The notes beneath the pieces are model-generated. The model was not told the DNA's origin. It worked only from the letters and a program-made list of their open reading frames with translations, and searched no databases. A program made the translations under genes and the position numbers. A stretch of DNA of 64,000 bases from a virus. The stretch is taken from UHGV virus genome UHGV-0084588; one strand, written 5' to 3'. Positions 36,500 through 46,729 of this stretch are shown here, in pieces (position 1 is the first letter of the stretch; each line of letters starts with the position of its first letter).

Positions 36500-38119
36500 G
36501 TGAATAAACTTAATTGGGTTGACTTTTATCTGCTCAATGTAAACAAGTCTCTTGTGTCGCGATTACGACCCGTCACGACCACGGATACTTTCCAGGGGTT
36601 AACAAAAAACTTTCACCCCGAAGGTCTTTACTCTACAGAGATTTTTGGACTCACGGGTAGTGAAGCGCGAGACTCTACATTCTCTTATATCGATATTAAA
36701 CTCGATATCATTTCGCCGACAGTGTGTTTGGCGTTATTCCAACTCAAACAACTCTACGAAGAAATTTGTTCTGGAAAACGCTACGCAACGTGGAGCGAAA
36801 AAGAAAAAGATTTCGAACCGGCCTTGCCGGGAGACCCAGGCGCAGATACCGGTTTTAACTTCTTCCTCAGTCACTATAACGATTTAAAACCTAAGCGTAA
36901 CGAGTCCCTACAACGTGACGAAACCGTGGATTTCTTTTTGAAATTCCGCCCCGTCAGTCTTAGTCGATACGTTCTCGTGTTACCCGCGGGTTTACGCGAT
37001 TTAGTAATTCGGCAAGATGGCAGAGAGCAAGAAGAAGAAATCGGTGGGATGTATCGTCGGTTGGTATCTCTCGCCAGGGCAATCCCTGACCGAGCAACCC
37101 GTGTCGAATTAACTAACCCCGTACGCTGGAAACTTCAACAAACCTTCAATGATATCTGGATGTATTTCTTTAACATCCAAGACGGTAAAGGGGGTTTCCA
37201 ACGTCGTAAAGTGACGTCTCGTAAATTAATGAACGGGACACGTAACGTATTGTCCTCGTTCTCGACGGGGTCTAAATGCATGGGTCGTGAAGACGCTATT
37301 CGTCCTACCGACACCAAAATTGGTTTATACCAGGGTTTAAAAGCATTACTCCCTGTTGCGCAGTACCAAATACGTGAACGTTACCTCGGTAACATCCGTG
37401 CTGGTGATGGCAACCTTTACGGCGTAAACACCAAAACCCTTAAACGTGAATTCTTGGAAGTAGGTGGTCGTGTATACGACACCTTTACCACCGACGATGG
37501 GATTGAATCCTTAATCAACCGAATGGAAGCTCGCGAGCTTCGCCATCAGCCGATTATGTTGGATGACACCCACTACATTGCGTTGGTTTACCAAGACACC
37601 AAACATTTTAAGGTGTTCTACGATATTGAAGAACTTCCTAAAACGTTTGACCGAAAATTCGTTCACGGTATGACACTCGTCGAATTGCTTTATTTGTCGG
37701 GCTACGAACTTTGGAACGATTATTTCGGTTTCGTTACACGTTATCCCGTTACAGGCCGAGGCTCGACGTATTCATCGACCATAAGATTGGAGACCACCAC
37801 GTCATCTTTATATTTAAAAGAACTGGAAGATGACTGGGAAACTGAAAAACCCCGAGGGGCTATCAGTTACCCTGACCGGTCGGTTCCTACCTTCGTTGAG
37901 TCTATGGCACCACACCCTTCACGCCTAGGTGGCTTAGGGGGTGACTATGACGGTGATACCGGCTCGTTTAACGCGCCTATGTCCCAGGAAGCGCTCGAGG
38001 AAAACCGGAACTGGATACACTCGAAAAACTACTGGTTCGATTCTGATGGGAACTTTAAAATCAATCCTATCAACAACGTGATTAAACGTGCAACGCAAGC
38101 GTTATTAAAGAACCCATAA
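36500..38119 (+). CDS. multisubunit-type RNA polymerase beta-prime-like subunit, N-terminal half
   Basis: GTG start after [18 protein letters not shown]...MYRRLV parallels bacterial beta-prime VLPVLPPDLRPLV...[29 protein letters not shown] parallels [43 protein letters not shown] parallels the catalytic [20 protein letters not shown]. Confidence 0.75.
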   Translation: [539 protein letters not shown]

Positions 38120-38128
38120 GGCTAAGCA

Positions 38129-41100
38129 ATGCTGCTCATTAAACAGTTTAACCAACGCTTCTCGGTGCGTAAAACCGACGAGTTTGGTAATCCGAGGATT
38201 ATCCCGCTCGAGAAGCTACAGATACCGCGTGGTTCTGTACTCCACGTCATTGATCTCGACCAGGTGGTATTAGCACCGCCTGCAACGCTTGAAATTATTC
38301 AACCGTTAGAAAAACCTGCTCAGGTTCGCCACCACTTTAAATTACCGGAAGACGGTATTAGTGGGCATCCTCGTAACAAGCCTGTACAGGGACAAGAACG
38401 TGCTATCTTTGCCTACCACCGTGCAAACCGTCCGATGCGTCGTCTTACCTCAGACGAACTGGTTCGCAAAGACTTAAAAGTTCTCCTGATCGAGAACTAC
38501 ACGCCGATGTTATCGCACTACTACTATCCTGACACCCAGTTAGCCTGGTACGATAGATTGCGTAACATCCAACTATTGATGATTAACCAGTTCAAATACG
38601 ACACGCAAGAATACATGCGTCAGAACTATTTCGTTATTGAACTGGGTTCGGCATTGCCTTCGTTCCAGAAGTTTCAAACAACCTATAACGACCGTGTTAA
38701 GAGCAAGATTGAGAAGTTCCAGGACTTCAACTTGCTGTGGTTATTAGAATTGTTTGCTTGGGCTTATGGAAAACAATCTGATTCCTTATTCGCGGGAATG
38801 GATTTAACTCAGCTGTCACGAATGAACTTTATCTTCACCCACAACACGGGCTTTACGTCCATGAACATGGGTGTTGTAGAGAAAATGCGTAAGTCTTCCG
38901 GCGGCCGTTTAAGTGACGACCAAATGGCGCGGATGTTCTACCGTACGCTGGTGCGTGTAATGACACAAGCACCGTCTAACGCGTACGAAGCGGAGTTCCT
39001 AACGCCTGAAGGTGACGAACGTGTTTTCCTTAAAGACGTCGAAGAAGAAACCGTTGATGTTGTCGACGACGATGACGTTGTTAATGACGCTGTGGTGGAA
39101 TCCGATAACACCTTCGATGAAAAAGAAGACGTTGTTATTGAAGAACCGAAGGAAGACGTCAAACCGACGACAATTGTTGTCGAGAAAGTCATTCCGCATG
39201 ACGAAATTATTAAACAGGAAGCACAACGCTTAGCTGAAGCGGGCCGCTTAAGTTCTAAAGCATATCAGTTCCTGTCTGAATCGTCTAAACGTTTCGTTCA
39301 GCTGCCTAACCCGTATAACCCGAAAGAAACCTACGGGGAAGCGCTTACTGTTCACGAAAAGGATATCGTCGTTAAAGCTGAACCGAAAAAAGTTCAGCGG
39401 CTTGTTACCGACGAAGGGTGGGCAGAGAACGTCACCGACCAGATGGTGAAACAGTACAACCAGACCATGATGACCAAGGACGTACTGGCGGCGGTCGCCA
39501 GTTCACAACGTTTGGGTCTGGCAGTTCACAACCACACGGTGGAAAAAGAAGTTTCTGTTACAGGGACTATCGAACACCACACTTTACGTGTTCAGCCGGT
39601 CGGCGGTGAACCAACAACCGTTCGCTTCTCCATCCCAGGCTTGACCGAGGACGGTACTTGGGTAGCTAACGGTGTCGAATACACCATGCGTCGACAACGT
39701 GTGGACTTACCGATTCGTAAAGTTGCGCCGGATACAGTCGCGCTGACTACCGCTTACGGTAAAAACTTTGTCCGTCGTAGTGATAAGGTCGCGAACGATT
39801 ACGGTCGTTGGTTAACCAACGCGATTATCACACGTGCTGTTGATCCGACAAACACCGAAGTCACCGATGCACGTTTAGCAAATGTGTTCGATCCTACGCA
39901 ACATCTGCCGCGTCAGTATACGGAGATTGCACGCCGTATTGCCAGCTTTAATGCAAACGGCTATATGTGGAACTTCGACTACAAAGAAGCCGTTAACTTC
40001 TTTAACGACGAGCAGCTCAGAGACGCCGATGCTGCCAAACTTCTGCCGGTGGCGAAACGTCCGCGTAGTGAAACAATCCTGGCAATGGATGACAAATCCA
40101 TGCTTTACGGTGTGAACGGAAACAAAGTTGAGCCAGTGGGAACTATCGCAGAGGTACTGGGCTTTAATAGCCAGAAAGTGCCTCGCGAAATGACCGAGCT
40201 GTCTTTGATGGGTAAATCTTTGTCGCTTGGTTTTATCTTCTCGTTCTATCTTGGACTCCAGGGAATGTTGAAACATTTCGGTATCCAATACGAGTTGGTT
40301 CCTGCAGGTCAACGTGTTGATAAGAATGCCTACGACAGTATTATTCGACTACAAGACTGTAAACTTTTAGTTACTTGCGATAACGATCAACAGAAGATGA
40401 TTCTGCATGGTTTGGATCGCTATCTCAAACACCTGGTTGCTTATACCGAATCAGAAGCAGACCGTGAAGACATTTACCTGAACTTATTACGTGATGCAGA
40501 TGGCCTAACACCACGGTACATCAACGAGCTGAAACAGATGCGGTCCGCGTTTGTTGACGACATGCACGCACGTATCCTCAGGAAAATGGGTGAACCAGAA
40601 ACCTTTATTGGTTTGCTGGAACGTTCTAACGAACTGTTACAAACTGACCACTCTTTACCAGAGATTAACGGCGACGAAATGATGTTCTTAGGAAATCAGA
40701 GGATTGCCTACCACATCTATACCGCGATGGTCAGAGCGATGCGTAACTACAATAACGCACCGGGTAGTAACCGTAAGTTCGAACTGACGCAAGACATGGT
40801 TTGGGGTGCAATTAACTCCGACCCGTCGGTACTTTTGGCACCAGGCGCTAACCCTATTCAGTCGATTAAAGAAAAAGACGTTATTACGATGGGGGGTACA
40901 GGCGGTCGTAATCGTAAAACGATGGTCTACCACACGCGTGAATTCCAACCCAGTGATATCGGGATAGTCTCGGGTAACACCGTAGATAACGGGGACGTAG
41001 GTATTACTGCTTTCGTCACCAATAACCCACGTTTTGACACCGTTGACGGTACTACGTTTAAACGTGAAGAGAAAACCCCGAAACCAAGCGACACCCTTTC

Positions 41101-42295
41101 GTTTATTGACGGGTTAGTACCAGATACGTTAATGGACGACGCAAAGCGTCAAAACTTCGTTGGGATTCAGTTAGGTTCTGCCACCAGTTGTATTGGGGCA
41201 ACCACAACCCCGTATCGTACTGAACAGGAGAAATTCGTCGCACACCGTACTTCGGTGAAACATGCACGCGTTATTGATAAAGCAGGTAAGATTACTGGTC
41301 TGTCGAAAGACCACATTGAAATTACGTACGAAGATGGAAGTAAAGAAGCCTTTCCTCTAGGGCGCTGGTTCGGCCCCCACGAAGGTACCTTCTATCCGCA
41401 CACCTTGGTAACACGCTGGAAAGCCGGTGATAAGCTCCCGGCCGGAGCAGTGATTACGTACAACGAGCAACACTTTGAACCTGATATTTACGATCCTACT
41501 CAGGTTTCCTGGAAAAACGGGGTACTGGCTACCGTTGCTTTATTAGAAGCTGAAGAAGTTATCGAAGACTCCAATGCAATTTCTGAACGGTTCGCGAAGA
41601 AAATGGTGGGGCAGGTAACAAAGCTGAAAGAAGTGACGATTAACAGCAACCAGATGCTTCTGGAAATCGTGAATGAAGGAGACCACGTAGACGTCGATAC
41701 AATCCTATGCACGTTTACTGACGACTTGACAGGCGATATGAGTGCCTTTAGTCAGGAAGCAGCCGCAACGTTGCAAAGTTTAAGTTCGTACGCACCTCGT
41801 GCAGGGGTACGTGGTATCGTGGATAAGATCGAAGTGGTGTATCACGGTGAAACCGAAGACATGACACCAAGCCTTGCTGAACTGGTGCGTAAATACGACA
41901 GAATTCGTCGTAAAGCCGCTTTGGCAGTTGGGCGAGGTGATCCGGTTTCAGGCAGTGTAAACGGCGACTACCGTGTCGAAGGTGTACCATTAGCCTTTAA
42001 CTCACTTTGTGTTCGATTCTTTATTACACACGACGTTGAGATGGCCGCTGCGGATAAGATGGTTATTGCTAACCAGCTAAAAACCACCGTACAAGAAGTC
42101 ATGTACGGCGACAACAAAACAGAGGATGGTGATGACCTGGACGTGTTGTTCGGTCGTGATTCTGTCGATGCGCGTATCGTAGGTTCAATCCAACGTATCG
42201 GTACCGCGAATGCTGTAGGTGAACAAGCCGGGATTCTCATCGGGCGTATACTCGATGGGGAAGCTGTGCCTGATTTACCCGCGACACTTAAATAA
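38129..42295 (+). CDS. multisubunit-type RNA polymerase beta-like subunit
   Basis: C-terminal third shows beta-like blocks in order: HTREFQPSDIGIV...FVTNNPRFDT, WKAGDKLPAGAVI, EDSNAISERF (compare EDSILVSERV), PRAGVRGIVDKIEVVYHG (compare PNGVSGTVIDVQVFTRDG), AADKM (compare PGDKMAGRHGNKG); N-terminal two-thirds not assignable. Confidence 0.55.
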   Translation: MLLIKQFNQRFSVRKTDEFGNPRIIPLEKLQIPRGSVLHVIDLDQVVLAPPATLEIIQPLEKPAQVRHHFKLPEDGISGHPRNKPVQGQERAIFAYHRANRPMRRLTSDELVRKDLKVLLIENYTPMLSHYYYPDTQLAWYDRLRNIQLLMINQFKYDTQEYMRQNYFVIELGSALPSFQKFQTTYNDRVKSKIEKFQDFNLLWLLELFAWAYGKQSDSLFAGMDLTQLSRMNFIFTHNTGFTSMNMGVVEKMRKSSGGRLSDDQMARMFYRTLVRVMTQAPSNAYEAEFLTPEGDERVFLKDVEEETVDVVDDDDVVNDAVVESDNTFDEKEDVVIEEPKEDVKPTTIVVEKVIPHDEIIKQEAQRLAEAGRLSSKAYQFLSESSKRFVQLPNPYNPKETYGEALTVHEKDIVVKAEPKKVQRLVTDEGWAENVTDQMVKQYNQTMMTKDVLAAVASSQRLGLAVHNHTVEKEVSVTGTIEHHTLRVQPVGGEPTTVRFSIPGLTEDGTWVANGVEYTMRRQRVDLPIRKVAPDTVALTTAYGKNFVRRSDKVANDYGRWLTNAIITRAVDPTNTEVTDARLANVFDPTQHLPRQYTEIARRIASFNANGYMWNFDYKEAVNFFNDEQLRDADAAKLLPVAKRPRSETILAMDDKSMLYGVNGNKVEPVGTIAEVLGFNSQKVPREMTELSLMGKSLSLGFIFSFYLGLQGMLKHFGIQYELVPAGQRVDKNAYDSIIRLQDCKLLVTCDNDQQKMILHGLDRYLKHLVAYTESEADREDIYLNLLRDADGLTPRYINELKQMRSAFVDDMHARILRKMGEPETFIGLLERSNELLQTDHSLPEINGDEMMFLGNQRIAYHIYTAMVRAMRNYNNAPGSNRKFELTQDMVWGAINSDPSVLLAPGANPIQSIKEKDVITMGGTGGRNRKTMVYHTREFQPSDIGIVSGNTVDNGDVGITAFVTNNPRFDTVDGTTFKREEKTPKPSDTLSFIDGLVPDTLMDDAKRQNFVGIQLGSATSCIGATTTPYRTEQEKFVAHRTSVKHARVIDKAGKITGLSKDHIEITYEDGSKEAFPLGRWFGPHEGTFYPHTLVTRWKAGDKLPAGAVITYNEQHFEPDIYDPTQVSWKNGVLATVALLEAEEVIEDSNAISERFAKKMVGQVTKLKEVTINSNQMLLEIVNEGDHVDVDTILCTFTDDLTGDMSAFSQEAAATLQSLSSYAPRAGVRGIVDKIEVVYHGETEDMTPSLAELVRKYDRIRRKAALAVGRGDPVSGSVNGDYRVEGVPLAFNSLCVRFFITHDVEMAAADKMVIANQLKTTVQEVMYGDNKTEDGDDLDVLFGRDSVDARIVGSIQRIGTANAVGEQAGILIGRILDGEAVPDLPATLK

Positions 42296-42342
42296 TCTCG
42301 AGGGGTGGGTCGCTCCCACCCTGATAAACTCCGGAGAAGAGA

Positions 42343-42636
42343 ATGTCTATTCTAGATAAAATCAAACAGCGGCACGGTATTCCGACTGGGAAAAATATTA
42401 CCCAGCAAAACGTGGAGGGATACAGTCCCATTCAACGTACCAACTACGTGTCTTTAGGTAATACCGTTGAATTAGCAACGGAGATTGTACATGGACTGAT
42501 TCGCGGTAACTCAGGAATGTCTGACCGTATCGGTGATCAGAAACTGCTGAAACGTGATATCGCAGATCTGGTGGGCGCGCGTTTGTACGCGATGCTTCAG
42601 GCGAACATCAGCACGAATAAAGAGGTTAAACAATGA
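42343..42636 (+). CDS. hypothetical protein
   Basis: 97-aa ORF; RBS GGAGAAGAGAATG right after a hairpin. Confidence 0.45.
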   Translation: MSILDKIKQRHGIPTGKNITQQNVEGYSPIQRTNYVSLGNTVELATEIVHGLIRGNSGMSDRIGDQKLLKRDIADLVGARLYAMLQANISTNKEVKQ

Positions 42637-44093
42637 TCAGTTTATACTCGCTGAATGCGGTTACTAACGCCATGAAACTGTGCAAACAGCATAATGTTCA
42701 GCTTGGCACAGACGTTGACTCTCCGGTTGATTTACTCAACCGTGCGGTCGACCCTACGCGCGTTTTCGATACCACAATCACCGACGAACAGTTCTTCCAG
42801 GAACTGCCTGCGATTACGCAGCTTAAACGTCCTGTAGACGGTACGGCAGAAGCTTCGATTATTCGTGACGGCGCTGTTGAAGTTGAAGCACTGCGTGTTG
42901 ACGATCACGAAACCACGCTATTCGAACTGAAGAACATGGCCATTCAGCGTTGTAACGGGATGCTAGACTTTGCCCGTAACGTTGTTCAACCGTTTGTACA
43001 GTTGGTTATCCAGAATAACACGATTGAAGATGTCAAACCGTTGGTCGAAGACTGGAACCTGATTCCAGTAGGTATCGATCCGTGTGTAGATTCCCCGGTT
43101 GTCCAGGCGCTGATTCAAGAAATCGCCAACCCGATGGGTAACGGTACAACTTACGACCCGATCAAGTTCGATGTACCGGCCAACATCGAGATTCCGGAAA
43201 CAGGTGTAAAAGCGTACGATGAACTGGTACGTAAATTACTGAACGATCTGAATCTCAGCATGTACGACGCAGCAAAACTGCTGCTGGCAGGTAACTACAC
43301 CGTACCTGTTGCAGATAAAGCACCAGAGATGGTAAAAGAACGTGTTCTGGTACTGCTGTTGTCTTCGTTCTTCATTGAACGTCCGTGGCCTGACTCAGGT
43401 GTTGACGCTCTGAAATGGAAGGCGGAAATGGGTCGTGCCTATTACACGTCTATCGGCTGGGTATACGGTTTCGAAAAAGCGGTGGCTAACCGTGTCGCCA
43501 CAGGTAACATCGTTTACTCCTACGATACCAGCGAGAAAAACGTTTATATCTGTCAGGAAACGATGGACGACTACCTGGAAAAAGGCGGTATCGTTGAAGC
43601 CCTGTTGGGTGCCATTTACCTGATGGATGAAGGCGACTATAACGTTTCTGCACGTGTTGCGTCTCTGCTGGAGAACCAGAAAGCCTACGTTGAGGCTTAC
43701 AACCGTCGTGCAATTATCGTTCAAAAACGAAACGAACTCGATTGGGTAAGTCGTAACCGCCAGGCACTGAAAAATGCGTTCTCGATTGCAATCGACCAGC
43801 TCGACCAGGGCTACCTGACTGTTGGCGAACTGACGCGTACTCGCGAAGAAGTCAAGCAGGTTGTTATGGGCTTTTGTGATGATTTCTTTGTCAACGCAGA
43901 CGAAGACATTACGTTGTTTATCATCCGGACTGCATGTAACTCCGTATTCTGCGCCTACGAAATTGATCCGCTAATGCGTGCGATTCACACGGCGATGATT
44001 GAGAACACCGACCCGGCAGAAGCCGCAACCAGTTGGATGATTGACTATGTACTGAACTGGATTGCAGGTTCAGTATTCGTCGATAAACTTTAA
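42633..44093 (+). CDS. hypothetical protein
   Basis: 486-aa ORF with ATGA overlap to the upstream gene. Confidence 0.55.
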   Translation: MISLYSLNAVTNAMKLCKQHNVQLGTDVDSPVDLLNRAVDPTRVFDTTITDEQFFQELPAITQLKRPVDGTAEASIIRDGAVEVEALRVDDHETTLFELKNMAIQRCNGMLDFARNVVQPFVQLVIQNNTIEDVKPLVEDWNLIPVGIDPCVDSPVVQALIQEIANPMGNGTTYDPIKFDVPANIEIPETGVKAYDELVRKLLNDLNLSMYDAAKLLLAGNYTVPVADKAPEMVKERVLVLLLSSFFIERPWPDSGVDALKWKAEMGRAYYTSIGWVYGFEKAVANRVATGNIVYSYDTSEKNVYICQETMDDYLEKGGIVEALLGAIYLMDEGDYNVSARVASLLENQKAYVEAYNRRAIIVQKRNELDWVSRNRQALKNAFSIAIDQLDQGYLTVGELTRTREEVKQVVMGFCDDFFVNADEDITLFIIRTACNSVFCAYEIDPLMRAIHTAMIENTDPAEAATSWMIDYVLNWIAGSVFVDKL

Positions 44094-44105
44094 CGCGCTT
44101 AGGAG

Positions 44106-44840
44106 GTGATCGTGAGTGCGATTGAAACAGCCCGTCGTGACCCTACTAAGGTTCATGCGGACTTGGTAAATAACGGCACGGTCACCACTACCAAAGGGGG
44201 ATGTTTCATTTACATCCCCGTTGGGTTTGTGGCGAAGGAGTTGGCGGTTATTTCTTCTACGGTAACAATTGTAGGGATCTTTGCGATTTCTACCGACCGT
44301 AAAACATATGGGGTGTCCAGCGTTACAACGCTTATGGAAATTACCCCAACGGCGTTTGAAGAGATCGACGTCTTTGGCGTTCCTTATTACGAATTTCGTT
44401 TTGATCCCGGTACAGTGGTTTTCCCCAACCGCAATTTACAGGTGTTGTCTCACCCTATTTACAACATTGCGTCGTATATTTACGACTTTGGTAATCGTCC
44501 TTTCTGGTTTACTGCAGCGGATGATGCTGAACTCTTGGCACCTGATAAAGTCAAGAAATGGAACGGTTTTACTGTATTTGCCGATCAGATTACCGCTGAC
44601 GTTTACGCAGCACACACGCAGCGTAAAGTAGGTGATCCGAGAACGTTCTTCCGTTACACGCTGAAGAAAGATAGCGATCTTAACAACCCTGTGCAGTTTA
44701 TTCCGTTGCGCAGTGGTTCACTTAACAAAACGTCGAGACTGGCGAAACTTGCGGACGTAGAACTTAAACGTGGTATTCGTTCCGCGTTACAGGTTGACCC
44801 GGTGCGTGCCGAACCGCTCGAAGATTTGTTTATGAGGTAA
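44106..44840 (+). CDS. hypothetical protein
   Basis: ORF after RBS TAGGAGG; start may be the second GTG at 44112. Confidence 0.5.
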   Translation: MIVSAIETARRDPTKVHADLVNNGTVTTTKGGCFIYIPVGFVAKELAVISSTVTIVGIFAISTDRKTYGVSSVTTLMEITPTAFEEIDVFGVPYYEFRFDPGTVVFPNRNLQVLSHPIYNIASYIYDFGNRPFWFTAADDAELLAPDKVKKWNGFTVFADQITADVYAAHTQRKVGDPRTFFRYTLKKDSDLNNPVQFIPLRSGSLNKTSRLAKLADVELKRGIRSALQVDPVRAEPLEDLFMR

Positions 44841-44871
44841 TCCTACCTTTTACTTTTACTCGGGGAAAACA

Positions 44872-45675
44872 ATGGACAATTTAACACTGCGTTACAACTG
44901 TGTAGCGTTAGCCGGTGTTAACGCTCCAGCCACACTGGAGAAAGACGCGGATGGTTATTACCGCGTACTGTTGGGTGCTTTGAATATCTTTAACTCGGAA
45001 GGGATTTTTTACGCCTATAACGAGTCTAAACACGTATTCGAACGCTCGAATATTTTTATGCGTAAAGTGAAAGCAGGGAATCTGTTCGGGGAAGAAGATC
45101 ACCCGGCACCAGAGCCTGGCATGACCGAAGCGCAGTGGATCGATCGCAACGAGTGGATTGAGACGAAAAATGTCTGTATGCACATTCGTGAAGTTGAGGT
45201 GATTCCAACCGACCAAACCTGTAACGGGTTGCCGGTTATGGAAATCTGGGGCTGGGTTAAGCCGAACCGTGAACGTGGTCCGTACTTAGCAGAAGCGCTC
45301 GAAAACCCACACCAGAACGTATGTTTCTCTCTGCGCGCAATCGTACGTGAAGGCTATGTAGGTGGTGTGAAAACACGTCGCTTAGATCGCCTGGTGACGT
45401 TCGACTGGGTTATCGAAGACGGATTGCAGATTTGTAATAAATACTCTGCAATTCAACGCGGTAGCAAAGTGGCGCAAGAATCCACTCGTGTACTGCTGGA
45501 CCGTCGTGTTTCTCTCCAGGCGCTGGAGGACATTCTGCGAAATCCTAACACTACGTCTGCTATCGCGACAGAATCTCGTCGTGGTGAAGTTCGTGCGTTA
45601 GCGCAGGAGTACCTGGCCATCGCTAATAAGAAAACTAACCTACGTGTTATGGGTTTAGGTAACGGGAAGTGGTAA
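44872..45675 (+). CDS. hypothetical protein, possibly a prohead protease
   Basis: 267-aa ORF; weak resemblance only (EEDHP and later FSLRAIV...DRLVTFDWVIEDG) to the His/Ser pattern of caudoviral prohead proteases. Confidence 0.45.
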   Translation: MDNLTLRYNCVALAGVNAPATLEKDADGYYRVLLGALNIFNSEGIFYAYNESKHVFERSNIFMRKVKAGNLFGEEDHPAPEPGMTEAQWIDRNEWIETKNVCMHIREVEVIPTDQTCNGLPVMEIWGWVKPNRERGPYLAEALENPHQNVCFSLRAIVREGYVGGVKTRRLDRLVTFDWVIEDGLQICNKYSAIQRGSKVAQESTRVLLDRRVSLQALEDILRNPNTTSAIATESRRGEVRALAQEYLAIANKKTNLRVMGLGNGKW

Positions 45676-46314
45676 ATGGCTGATACTATTGAACCTTCGT
45701 TGGTGAAGTGGTTAGAGCAACAACTGCCACGCACCGCAAAGAAAGTTTCTTTGAAAAAGTTAGATAGTGCCCCGTTACATATCAGCGATCGAAAGATTCC
45801 GGTTTTCACACCTCGGATTCCTTATAGCGTTTACAGTGACGAAGACAAAACGGTGCCCCGTATTTGCTGTTCTGTCGATTTAGAACGTTGTCTGCGTGGT
45901 GTTCGTCGTTACTTTACACCTGCGGAAACCGCAAACGTTGTGCCGCGTTTTTATCTGTATGGGTTCGACGAACGTGATGTCGTGCAGCCCTCGATAGAAC
46001 TGTCGGCTGAACCCTACCGCGCTAATGAAGTGTGGATTGTTCCTCACCGCTTATCAAACTGGGAAATTAAACCTAGTATGGTTGGTGAGCTGCGTTTAGT
46101 TCGATTAGCAAATAACGGATACACTCACACGTTAGCAGTAGCGCTTAACCAAGACGTTCGTTTGAATACTAACCAGCTATTAAAAAGTGGTTCATTCTAC
46201 GAACTTACTGTAACGTGTAGTGAACGGGAACCTCAGATTACGATTTCTGATGCAAAAGAAATCTCTCGGGGTATTTTTGACGCTGCGTTAAACGAATACA
46301 CTGTAACTCCATAA
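45676..46314 (+). CDS. hypothetical protein
   Basis: 212-aa ORF starting right at the upstream stop. Confidence 0.5.
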   Translation: MADTIEPSLVKWLEQQLPRTAKKVSLKKLDSAPLHISDRKIPVFTPRIPYSVYSDEDKTVPRICCSVDLERCLRGVRRYFTPAETANVVPRFYLYGFDERDVVQPSIELSAEPYRANEVWIVPHRLSNWEIKPSMVGELRLVRLANNGYTHTLAVALNQDVRLNTNQLLKSGSFYELTVTCSEREPQITISDAKEISRGIFDAALNEYTVTP

Positions 46315-46363
46315 TCGCCCAGTTCATGGTCTGCAACCCGAATTTGTCGATTGTGAGGGAAGC

Positions 46364-46663
46364 ATGAAAGTGGTTAACATTGCCATACCTCCGACTTTGC
46401 AAACTTTAACGCCTGAGGAATTGAAAGCACTAACAATCTATGCCGTTCAAGAACGCGCTGGAAAGGAAGTGCTTTCTTCGATACTCGCTGAACGTTTTGA
46501 CACCAAACGTAAAGTCAACAACATTGTCGCAGGTATTTCACAACAAGATATCGCGAAATTTTATTGCGATGTACGTCAAGCCGGTACCGAAATCGATTTT
46601 ACACGTACTTACCTCTTGTTAACTGAACCGTTTCGGTTCATTCTTTCGATTAAGCAGTCCTAA
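46364..46663 (+). CDS. hypothetical protein
   Basis: 99-aa ORF. Confidence 0.4.
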   Translation: MKVVNIAIPPTLQTLTPEELKALTIYAVQERAGKEVLSSILAERFDTKRKVNNIVAGISQQDIAKFYCDVRQAGTEIDFTRTYLLLTEPFRFILSIKQS

Positions 46664-46729
46664 TTTTTTATTTTTACGATTTCTACCGTTATTGTGTCGG
46701 AGGAACTTCTACAAAAAGGATAATCAAAA

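Noticed and set aside
38129-42295. Possibility that the 1388-aa protein is a DNA polymerase or structural protein rather than an RNAP subunit
   Set aside because: No family A or B DNA polymerase motifs were seen, whereas several beta-subunit blocks occur in the right order in the C-terminal third; the N-terminal two-thirds remain unassigned.
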